A stretch of 64,000 nucleotides of DNA from a virus. Where the stretch lies: IMG/VR virus record IMGVR_UViG_3300036760_000150, positions 32,001 to 96,000 of that record, one strand, 5' to 3'. The notes below the pieces were generated by a model. The model was not told where the DNA came from and did no database searches. It was given only the letters and a program-made list of their open reading frames with translations. The position numbers and the translations under genes are program-made. This document shows positions 56,281 through 64,000 of the stretch, one piece after another; the first letter of the stretch is position 1, and each line of letters starts with the position of its first letter.

Positions 56281-57165
56281 ATGTCTGAATATAGTCGTAC
56301 AAAACCTATCCCAAATCGTAACTATCCATCAAAAAGTGTAGTTGGTGGTGTTGCTGGTTTTTCACGTGTAGAAGCCATGTTAACAGTAGATAGATTACGT
56401 CAAGAATTTTTGTTCGGTATACCATTAGTTTCTTTCATCACGAAGGAGACCCTTAAGGACGAAACTATCAGGAACATCTTGAATCGTGCTGCTGCTCGCG
56501 TAGAGCTTGAGTGTAAGATCGACGTCACTCCTGTGCAAAGAGAGGGTCATTTTCCATTTGATAGAGTTAAATTCCTGCAAGGATTCAACCAGATCGACCT
56601 CAGCAACGTGCCACTCAGGAGTCTTGAGGAGTTCTCAATTCGAGCAGTCAACAGTGCGAACACGCCAGACAACGTGAGTGGTGGAGGTCCTGACGGTAAA
56701 GGGACGGTTATATACACCCTGCCACTTGATTGGATTGACCTATCACAATCACATAAAGGTATCTTGCATGTGTTCCCATTGATCAGCACGTTCACCGGTA
56801 CTGGTCAGGTTGCCGCTGCAGTCATGGGGCCGTCAGCATCTCTGTTCATGAACTTGATACATCAGACATATATGCCTGCTTATTGGTATGTCCGTTGGAC
56901 GTCAGGGTTTGACGAGAATGCCGTTCCTGCAACGCTGAATGAACTTATAGGTTGTTTTGCTGCCTTAGAGATCTTGAGTTTGATCGGTCCTCTTCGTCTA
57001 TGGAACTCACAGAGTATCAACATCGACGGATCTGGACAATCTGTAGCAGGACCAGGTTCGCAACTGTTCAAACAACGTATAGATGAGTTGACCAGTCGTA
57101 TCGCTGAGCTTAAAGATCTGATCAAAGCACGCTTTAGCCAGAAGATCGTGATGGTTCATATCTAA
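56281..57165 (+). CDS. head-tail adaptor / neck protein
   Basis: FLFGIPL, P.YWYV...GF...P..L..LIG..AA, SQSINIDG. Confidence 0.7.
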   Translation: MSEYSRTKPIPNRNYPSKSVVGGVAGFSRVEAMLTVDRLRQEFLFGIPLVSFITKETLKDETIRNILNRAAARVELECKIDVTPVQREGHFPFDRVKFLQGFNQIDLSNVPLRSLEEFSIRAVNSANTPDNVSGGGPDGKGTVIYTLPLDWIDLSQSHKGILHVFPLISTFTGTGQVAAAVMGPSASLFMNLIHQTYMPAYWYVRWTSGFDENAVPATLNELIGCFAALEILSLIGPLRLWNSQSINIDGSGQSVAGPGSQLFKQRIDELTSRIAELKDLIKARFSQKIVMVHI

Positions 57166-57169
57166 AGTT

Positions 57170-60100
57170 ATGGAAGATAGTAATCGCAAAGACATCTTGA
57201 CATCAAAAGATATCAACGAATCGTTGACGTCAGATGATACCAACTTAGAGAAGTCGGTGAATACCAAGCTTGTTCATCTAGCTACTATAGCCTCACTTCT
57301 CGGTGTCCCGTACTCTTCAAACATGCAGCCACCTAAAGCTGTGGCGGCAGCTCCAGCAGTTGTCCCCAGCGCCACCCCTCATCCCGGTCTTGAGCCCATA
57401 GCGTACATGGAGTCCAGGAATGGTAGGAACCAGAGGCACAAGCTTGTGACATGGGGCCTCAACTCTGGAACCAAGGCTGTAGGCAAGTACGGCCTCATGC
57501 CACTGACTGTCCACGAGACTGCCAAGCATGACAGCACCATCGGCAGGATGTACCCTGAGTTTAAGACTCTAGACCCTATCAAGGATCACGACAAGTACGA
57601 GAAGATCTTGCTTGCCAACCCGCAGGTGCAGGACCACATCGCCAACTCACACTGGGGTAGGTTGACTCGCACCTTCGGTAAAGACAAGAACAGGGCAGTC
57701 TACGCCTGGAAGTACGGCATCACAGGTGCCAAGACTGCATCACATAGCGATGTTTCGTCTGCTCCTTACGTGAGGGAGTACAACAAGCATCACAACATGC
57801 TGAATGTTCAGACCAAGAAGAGTCTTCGCAAGTCAGAGTTTCAGCTGCCGCAGCACTTCAGTTTCATATCAGCTCAACGCGGTGGTGATCACAACCATGA
57901 CGTACATCAACGTCTGTACCAAGACCTGAGAGACTCAGGGTTCGACCCCGTTGAGGTGACGGGCCACTACGGCTACCAGGAGAGGTCTTTCCTAGTACCA
58001 CACACAGGCTCTGCTGTCGATCGCAACAAGGTCGAAGATCTAGGCAGGAAGTACAATCAGGAGAGTGTGTTACACTCGTCCGACTTGAACAACGAGCTGG
58101 TCAACCTAGAAGATCCAACGAAGAGTATGAGGGGTTCTGGCATCAGCAACGATTACAGTGATGCCATGTACACCGAGCTGCCTGGTGGTAGTAGATTTAA
58201 GTTGAACCTAAGGAAAACAGAGGTCCTTGAGAAGGCTGACGGACAACCTAACCCACAAGCTCGTCAGGTGGCAGAGGGTTACGCCAACTCAAAAGGTATC
58301 AAGCTGCGGCGTCTGACTCCGGTTAAGGTAAACCCACAGTTCGCGACGCATGTCGCTGGCGCCTACGAGAAGATGCCTCACTCTCCTAGCAGTCCAGACA
58401 CCAAACGTTCATACGACGCCTTGATCAGCGAGACGCTGGATCAGTTCCAACACATGAAGAACGCAGGCCTTAAGATATCAAAGATCAAGCCTGGCATGGA
58501 GAACCCCTACAAGTCTTCAAAAGACTTGTTCCATGACGTTCAGCACAACAACCACATGTGGTACTTTCCAACTGAGAGTGGGTTTGGATCATCTGAAACT
58601 CGTAGCGACCATCCTATGCTTGCTCCAACAGAAGAGATGCATGAGGGCAAGCCGATGCTTGCGAATGATGTGTTCAGGGTAGTTCATGATTACTTCGGAC
58701 ATGCAAAAGAAGGTCATGCCTTTGGCCCCAACGGGGAAGAGAACGCCTGGCAGACTCACGCTCAGATGTACTCGCCGGAGGCTAGACGGGCAATGACCGC
58801 CGAGACTCGTGGACAGAACAGTTGGGTTAACTTCGGGCCGCATGCTGCACACAACAGGTCAAACCCACACCAAACTGTATACGCTGATCAGAAGGCTGGG
58901 CTGTTGCCTGACTGGGCTCATGCAGTAGATCCTACACAGGCGTTTAGTAAATCAGAAGATGATGATAAAGTTCTCTACCACTACTCACAGCATCCTGAGC
59001 CGTTGAAGATCATAGACCCTGTCTTCCACGGTACTGGTTACCCTGGTGCTGAAGGCAAACGTGACGACAGAGTGGCTCGTGCGTACTACTACGACACACC
59101 GACGGGTCATGAACCTGATGTTATCTCTGGTGCTACGCATATGTACACTGTGAAGCATCCAGGCAACATACTTGACGTCGCCAGCGAAGAGGCCGAACCG
59201 TTCAAAGAGAAGGCTCGCAACCAATATGGTATCATAGACTACTCAGACCTTGAGCGTCACATGAAAGATGCTGGGTACAACGGTTACAAGAACACAGCGA
59301 GCGCCATCCCTAACGCAGTCGCTTTGTTTCATCCTCAGCAGGTTGATGAGTCGAGAGATCTACGTAAGTCGGAAGAGCTTGAGAAAGCATCTCATAACGT
59401 GCGAGAACAAAAGGCTAAGGTATTCGGCACAAAAGCTAATCCTCCTGCTGGATCGCAGATGCGTGAGAAACACATCGAACACATCAACAACTTCGCCAAG
59501 AAATTCCTTAACCTAGAGATCCGTCCTTCAGGCGGTAAGATCAACGAGGCAACAGGACAGAGACGATCTGAGAGTCCTAAGATAGGTACCGACAAACCGG
59601 ACTGGAGAAGTGGTCAACTTGAAGCTCAATGGAACCCGGAAGCTATCATGCATGAGCTTGCACACCTTATGTTGCTACCTTCAGGTGTTGGCTTAAAAGA
59701 AGGCCAAAGGCTGATGGACAAGCAGTACGGAGAGGTTCAAAGTAAATACGGATATATGCAGCAGAAAAGATCTCAGGGTGAGGTACAACCTATGGCTGCG
59801 GAGCAGATCATACGTAGACACCTAGGTCTTCCAGCCAGTCGAGTGAGCATTCCTGTTGAGTCGAAAGATGCCCCACCTAGAGTGTCAGTTGAAGCTCCAG
59901 ATGTGGTTATAGGTACACGAGTTCCACAACCCACTAAGAGTGGTGCAGTTAAATGGGTCGATCTGATCAGACAGTCCCGCCTTTTGAACACAGAGAATCG
60001 AAAGAGGTTGGAAGATATCTTTAGTGGTAACATCAAATTTCATCCAGAGTTGGGTTGGATACCGAAGAAGACATCTATATCCACACAGAAGCCCAAAGAT

Positions 60101-61771
60101 GAACTGCCTACTGGATTGGTCAACGATGATGTCGAACCTTCTAAACTTGCGTCTAGCGAGAAAGTATATACATCAGACGTCTTAGAAAAAGGCGTTAAAC
60201 AAAGGCTGTTCTACTTTAGTCCTGCAGAGGTGCCAGAAGAACATAAGCAGAAGGTGGCACAGTGGACAGATCCATTAGAGACAAATATATCTGGTGACAG
60301 AGAAGTGATACCTAGATTAGAAGGAAATGCTAGGATGAGGGCTCTGCATACTTTATCCAGCAAAACAAAGACTAGATGGAATCCTGATAAAAAAGAGAGA
60401 GAATTTTTATTACACCGAGGAGTGTCTGGAAGTGAACACAATCGTGTAATAAATAACGGACATGTAGAACATCCTGGTAAATCTTCGTGGTCTCCCAAAC
60501 ATACAACTGCCGTTAATTGGATGGATCAATATGGCGGTCTTGCTGATGAAGACCCCAGTGTACTATCTGCGTGGATACCAGAATCTAAGATACATCATGT
60601 TCCTATGCAGATTGGTGCCACAGAAAGAGTAGAGACCGTTAAGCCGGGTAATAAAAGATTTTCGCCAACAGGAAAGTTACAAGGTCCTATGGAGTGGCGC
60701 AACGAACACGAAGTGATCGTTGATCCTGGTAGTCATAAGGTGGCAACTGAAAAGGAAGTTAAGTCAACCGACAAGACCTCTGAGCCTACCGACATCAACG
60801 AGCGAATCAACCGTAAGATGACCAAGTCTGAGTATGATCCTGCCAAAGACGTCACAGCCTTCACATCTTTCTCTACAGAGCCTGGCGACATAGAGCTTGT
60901 GCGAGAGATCAACGAGATGATCGAGGCTGGTCACACCAGGCCGCTAGGTGAGAAAGGCTTGTTCACCGAGGATAGCTTCGTCGTCGGAGAGAAACCAGAT
61001 AACTCTTGGCTTATCAAGGTTGAGGTAGGAAACACGCCCGGCATTAAAGCTGTTCAGTACACCGGCCCTCAGTCTGTTAAAGAGGCCGCCTTCTACAAGG
61101 CCTCAGAACAAGTGTTCGGTCTGTCTCGCTTCGTGCCCAAGTCTGTGCTCGGTGAGGTGCAGACCAAGGACGTACCCAAACTGGCGGTGGCCATCAAGAT
61201 GCTGCCTCCTGAGTTCAAGAACGCCGCCGAGACAGAGGGTGACATCAAAGGTATGATGAAAGGTCTCCTTGAGAAGTACAAGGAGGCAGGTCTCTCTCAC
61301 ATGCTTGCGTTCATGCTCTACGTGTTGGGCGACCTCGATGCCCACGGCAACAACTTGATGACAGACGGGTACAACGTCGTGTTGATAGATCATGGCAGCT
61401 CGTTTGCCGACCTGTCTTCTGAGGACAAGTCTGACAAGAAGCAGTTCGTACCTTACATCTTGAGGCATGAGGGTTTCAAAGGTAAGTTGTCTGACAACGA
61501 CAAGCAGTCTCACATGCCGTTGATCGATAGCCCCGAGATAAGGGCTAACTTGAAAGAGTACATCATGTCTGTAGATCCTAAGAAGTTACATGACGTCGTA
61601 GTCAGCTACGGTCTAAATCCGGTACCATCAGTCACACGTCTTAAGGTCGCGCAGAAGATGCTTGAGCACTCAGACCACCCTGACGTATTAGTGAACTACG
61701 TTTGGATAAAAGGTGCACCTGCGGACCTAGTTGAAGAGCAAGAAGGAGTCGCACATGAAGTTGGAGCCTGA
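57170..61771 (+). CDS. large multidomain (polyvalent) virion protein: lysozyme-like, DUF3293-like, HDxxGH, ART-like, HExxH, ART and kinase modules
   Basis: IAYMES..GKYGLMP; FISA..GHYG..ERSF..KYNQESVL; VHDYFGH..GEENAW; LYHYS; MHELAH; LHRG..SSWS..EHEV; WLIK..KEAA..DAHGNN..IDHG. Confidence 0.75.
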   Translation: MEDSNRKDILTSKDINESLTSDDTNLEKSVNTKLVHLATIASLLGVPYSSNMQPPKAVAAAPAVVPSATPHPGLEPIAYMESRNGRNQRHKLVTWGLNSGTKAVGKYGLMPLTVHETAKHDSTIGRMYPEFKTLDPIKDHDKYEKILLANPQVQDHIANSHWGRLTRTFGKDKNRAVYAWKYGITGAKTASHSDVSSAPYVREYNKHHNMLNVQTKKSLRKSEFQLPQHFSFISAQRGGDHNHDVHQRLYQDLRDSGFDPVEVTGHYGYQERSFLVPHTGSAVDRNKVEDLGRKYNQESVLHSSDLNNELVNLEDPTKSMRGSGISNDYSDAMYTELPGGSRFKLNLRKTEVLEKADGQPNPQARQVAEGYANSKGIKLRRLTPVKVNPQFATHVAGAYEKMPHSPSSPDTKRSYDALISETLDQFQHMKNAGLKISKIKPGMENPYKSSKDLFHDVQHNNHMWYFPTESGFGSSETRSDHPMLAPTEEMHEGKPMLANDVFRVVHDYFGHAKEGHAFGPNGEENAWQTHAQMYSPEARRAMTAETRGQNSWVNFGPHAAHNRSNPHQTVYADQKAGLLPDWAHAVDPTQAFSKSEDDDKVLYHYSQHPEPLKIIDPVFHGTGYPGAEGKRDDRVARAYYYDTPTGHEPDVISGATHMYTVKHPGNILDVASEEAEPFKEKARNQYGIIDYSDLERHMKDAGYNGYKNTASAIPNAVALFHPQQVDESRDLRKSEELEKASHNVREQKAKVFGTKANPPAGSQMREKHIEHINNFAKKFLNLEIRPSGGKINEATGQRRSESPKIGTDKPDWRSGQLEAQWNPEAIMHELAHLMLLPSGVGLKEGQRLMDKQYGEVQSKYGYMQQKRSQGEVQPMAAEQIIRRHLGLPASRVSIPVESKDAPPRVSVEAPDVVIGTRVPQPTKSGAVKWVDLIRQSRLLNTENRKRLEDIFSGNIKFHPELGWIPKKTSISTQKPKDELPTGLVNDDVEPSKLASSEKVYTSDVLEKGVKQRLFYFSPAEVPEEHKQKVAQWTDPLETNISGDREVIPRLEGNARMRALHTLSSKTKTRWNPDKKEREFLLHRGVSGSEHNRVINNGHVEHPGKSSWSPKHTTAVNWMDQYGGLADEDPSVLSAWIPESKIHHVPMQIGATERVETVKPGNKRFSPTGKLQGPMEWRNEHEVIVDPGSHKVATEKEVKSTDKTSEPTDINERINRKMTKSEYDPAKDVTAFTSFSTEPGDIELVREINEMIEAGHTRPLGEKGLFTEDSFVVGEKPDNSWLIKVEVGNTPGIKAVQYTGPQSVKEAAFYKASEQVFGLSRFVPKSVLGEVQTKDVPKLAVAIKMLPPEFKNAAETEGDIKGMMKGLLEKYKEAGLSHMLAFMLYVLGDLDAHGNNLMTDGYNVVLIDHGSSFADLSSEDKSDKKQFVPYILRHEGFKGKLSDNDKQSHMPLIDSPEIRANLKEYIMSVDPKKLHDVVVSYGLNPVPSVTRLKVAQKMLEHSDHPDVLVNYVWIKGAPADLVEEQEGVAHEVGA

Positions 61772-62402
61772 GATGATATTGCACAAAAGTATCGTAGGTA
61801 TCTATAAAGACGGACCCGTATGTCATTTAGTTACTAAGGGTGGATATCATATGATGTATTCCGCACGTCCTAATTGTGCATATGAACTACTGTCTGTTGG
61901 CAGCCATCGGGCAGTCGCAAAGCATATGGCAGATATGAAATATAATGGTGAGATAAAATGGGACAACGAGAAACTCTACAAGGCAGACCGCTTGGAAGTT
62001 CTACCTGAGTCCAACCCTTCAAACCATATGGCATTGGCCGATCATCATGCGGTGTTACACAACAAGTACGTCGAGATGGGAAAGAATCCGTCTAAGCATG
62101 CAGACGAGGTCAACTCATACTACAGGGCTTTCATACCGGACCACAAAGACATGGATGACTTCCAACTGAAGCATGACATACACATGCATGCACTGGGACA
62201 TGAAGATACTGCCATCAAAAATTACCAGATGGCAGGTTTGGATAGAAAAGCTGCTTACGAACGGTTGAAGTCGCAGGTCAACCACGCTACACCTCTCAAC
62301 GCCAAAGCTCCGTTCAGTGATGATCAACTTCACAGGGCGTGGAACCATAAACACGCAGACCAGCGTGCGCCAGGCGGCATTGGGTATGATCAAACTAAGT
62401 AA
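61755..62402 (+). CDS. putative head protein with LxK[SA]-delimited C-terminal cargo
   Basis: GAAGGAG SD; LHKS and LYKA motifs. Confidence 0.6.
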   Translation: MKLEPEMILHKSIVGIYKDGPVCHLVTKGGYHMMYSARPNCAYELLSVGSHRAVAKHMADMKYNGEIKWDNEKLYKADRLEVLPESNPSNHMALADHHAVLHNKYVEMGKNPSKHADEVNSYYRAFIPDHKDMDDFQLKHDIHMHALGHEDTAIKNYQMAGLDRKAAYERLKSQVNHATPLNAKAPFSDDQLHRAWNHKHADQRAPGGIGYDQTK

Positions 62403-62410
62403 GGTAGGTT

Positions 62411-63289
62411 ATGTCAGACTCATCAGATAGAAAACCAGAAGATAGGGTAGATATACCAATACAGTACCATGATCCCTTTGAGGCCGTAAGAACTTCTCTT
62501 GACGCCGAAGGCTCTTTCATCTCAAACAACGGAGTGTTGTTCGCTCACTGGAAAGCCATGCCGTGTGTAATCGGTCAAAAAGATCTGGATGGCATAAGGA
62601 AAAGTTTTGACCATGCTTACGAGAATGCTGGATGTCCGATGAAGTGTGAGAACGGTTTTTCATACGAGTTCTCTGGCTACGTCTATGGAATCTTTGTTAG
62701 TAACTCGAAGAACTCGGCCAAGATGCCAGGTGGATTCGTGCCTAACGGCCAAGCATACGTCACCCTTAATAGGTACTACAAGAACACCGAGACATCAGCC
62801 TACTTCAGCGAGTACGACAAGCTCATACCTCACGAGTGTCCTGAAGACTTCAAGGCTGAGAATTTCCAGAAGTTCCAACATAACCCTAGCGGCGTAGACC
62901 GTCTTCAGTTCCCTGCTCACAAAGTTCAGTTCCTACACGACTCTGACGGCAAGAGGTACACCCAAGACGTCGACTTCACCGTGGTAGACGGTCAGATAAA
63001 GTGGGGAGACAACCGTCCTGGATTCGACAACCAAGGTAAGCCTAAGATCTGCTCTGTCAGGTACACGTACCAACCGTACTACTACGTGAAGTACGTGCTG
63101 CACGAGCAGAGGCTTAAGGTGCAGGTTGATCCTTACACCCAGGAAGGAAAGGTCAAGACAGGTCCTACACAGTGCCTAGTCGAGCAGGACTTCGTGTTCC
63201 TAGACAGCAGGTTCAAGGACAACCAGAAGGACAGCCAGCTCGAGTCGGGCAAAGGCGGCAACAGCGGGCCTGAGTACGGGCCTCGTTAA
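62411..63289 (+). CDS. neck / head-closure protein (putative)
   Basis: AMPC...CENGF; DF.V.DGQIKW...P...SVRY.Y.P. Confidence 0.6.
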   Translation: MSDSSDRKPEDRVDIPIQYHDPFEAVRTSLDAEGSFISNNGVLFAHWKAMPCVIGQKDLDGIRKSFDHAYENAGCPMKCENGFSYEFSGYVYGIFVSNSKNSAKMPGGFVPNGQAYVTLNRYYKNTETSAYFSEYDKLIPHECPEDFKAENFQKFQHNPSGVDRLQFPAHKVQFLHDSDGKRYTQDVDFTVVDGQIKWGDNRPGFDNQGKPKICSVRYTYQPYYYVKYVLHEQRLKVQVDPYTQEGKVKTGPTQCLVEQDFVFLDSRFKDNQKDSQLESGKGGNSGPEYGPR

Positions 63290-63306
63290 CTAGTGAAAAC
63301 ACATAC

Positions 63307-63330
63307 TTAGCTTAAAGTCTTAATTTTACT
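63307..63330 (+). promoter_or_regulatory. putative late promoter
   Basis: TTAG-N8-CTTAATTTTA followed by GAAGAATCT as at 55685. Confidence 0.7.
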
Positions 63331-63358
63331 GAAGAATCTTAATCCTAGGAGAAGTGAG

Positions 63359-63742
63359 ATGGGCAAGAGAACAAGACAGTCTGGAAGTAACTATGACCCG
63401 CAGTCGGCTGCGGCGAACACGTACAGTGAGTACTCCGGTGCTCAGAAGAACGTGCCGTCCGGTTGGGCTCGGTCTAGGTTCATCGGTGACGCCACCACGG
63501 CAAAAGCCATCCTCCCTGGACAGAACTTCGCCATCTACAACAACGCCGGAGCCGTTGCCTTCGTCTCATTCTACCCGACAGGATCTGCTGTTGCAGCAGA
63601 CTCCACCAACGGCGTTCCCATCCCCCCCAACGATTACCTGTACCTCAACAGCTCCGACAACGACTTCGTGATCGCCAGCGCAGCCACAGTTCTGATCTAC
63701 GAGATCAGAGACGAGACCTCATACCAAAGACCTCCAGCGTAA
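63359..63742 (+). CDS. virion structural protein
   Basis: AGGAG SD; follows late motif. Confidence 0.6.
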   Translation: MGKRTRQSGSNYDPQSAAANTYSEYSGAQKNVPSGWARSRFIGDATTAKAILPGQNFAIYNNAGAVAFVSFYPTGSAVAADSTNGVPIPPNDYLYLNSSDNDFVIASAATVLIYEIRDETSYQRPPA

Positions 63743-63754
63743 GAGAGAACCTAG

Positions 63755-64000
63755 ATGCGATACGACAAGCTACTTAAGTCTGTGATGGGTGAGGACCTCT
63801 ACGAGAGTCTTCACAAAGCCCTGCAGAAGCTGACGACAAGCTCTGTCGTCGACATAGGCGAGTTGTACCACAGCCTCAAGGTTGCCCCCAAGGCGGTGGT
63901 AGCCTTCCTGGTTCGCGAGCTTAAAGACATGAAGGACGCCAAGGAAGTCAAGCTACCTTGGGCTGAGAACGCATCGATGCTGGTCAACAAACTAGACAGT
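63755..64000 (+). CDS. partial CDS, putative head protein (runs off window)
   Basis: MRYDKLLKS...LHKAL...; open to window end. Confidence 0.6.
   Translation, partial: MRYDKLLKSVMGEDLYESLHKALQKLTTSSVVDIGELYHSLKVAPKAVVAFLVRELKDMKDAKEVKLPWAENASMLVNKLDS

Noticed and set aside
1-64000. Alternative genetic code or stop-codon recoding
   Set aside because: TAA, TAG and TGA all end full-length conserved genes, and coding density is high under the standard code

Overview
This window is a 64-kb segment of a large lytic dsDNA tailed phage genome in the standard genetic code, with a Herelleviridae-like head module and a T4-like recombination set. The left arm (minus strand, about 0.3-32.5 kb) holds small accessory genes, UDG, proteases (subtilisin, ClpP, trypsin-like), AAA+ ATPases and the replication/recombination block (intein-containing DnaB and DnaE, primase, RecA/UvsX, UvsY-like, gp32-like SSB, RuvC, SbcC), ending in GroEL. 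The right arm (mostly plus strand) holds UvsW, a sigma70-like factor, SbcD, terminases, portal, MuF-like protein, prohead protease, scaffold, major capsid protein, a divergent accessory island and neck genes. Two candidate undescribed systems stand out. (1) The sigma factor lacks region 4.2 and instead ends in a complete GroES-like domain that has its own in-frame RBS and ATG. A free-standing sigma-4.2-like mini-protein lies elsewhere, and a recurring non-canonical promoter precedes the structural genes. (2) A 1533-aa polyprotein carries about 7 modules (lysozyme-like, two ART-like, zincin-like, kinase and others), each delimited by the [LMF]-x-K-[SAG] motif that also marks the capsid-protein N-terminus and other head proteins. 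This suggests a capsid-packaged effector polyprotein cut by the prohead protease. All family calls come from motif recognition by eye; no database searches were run.
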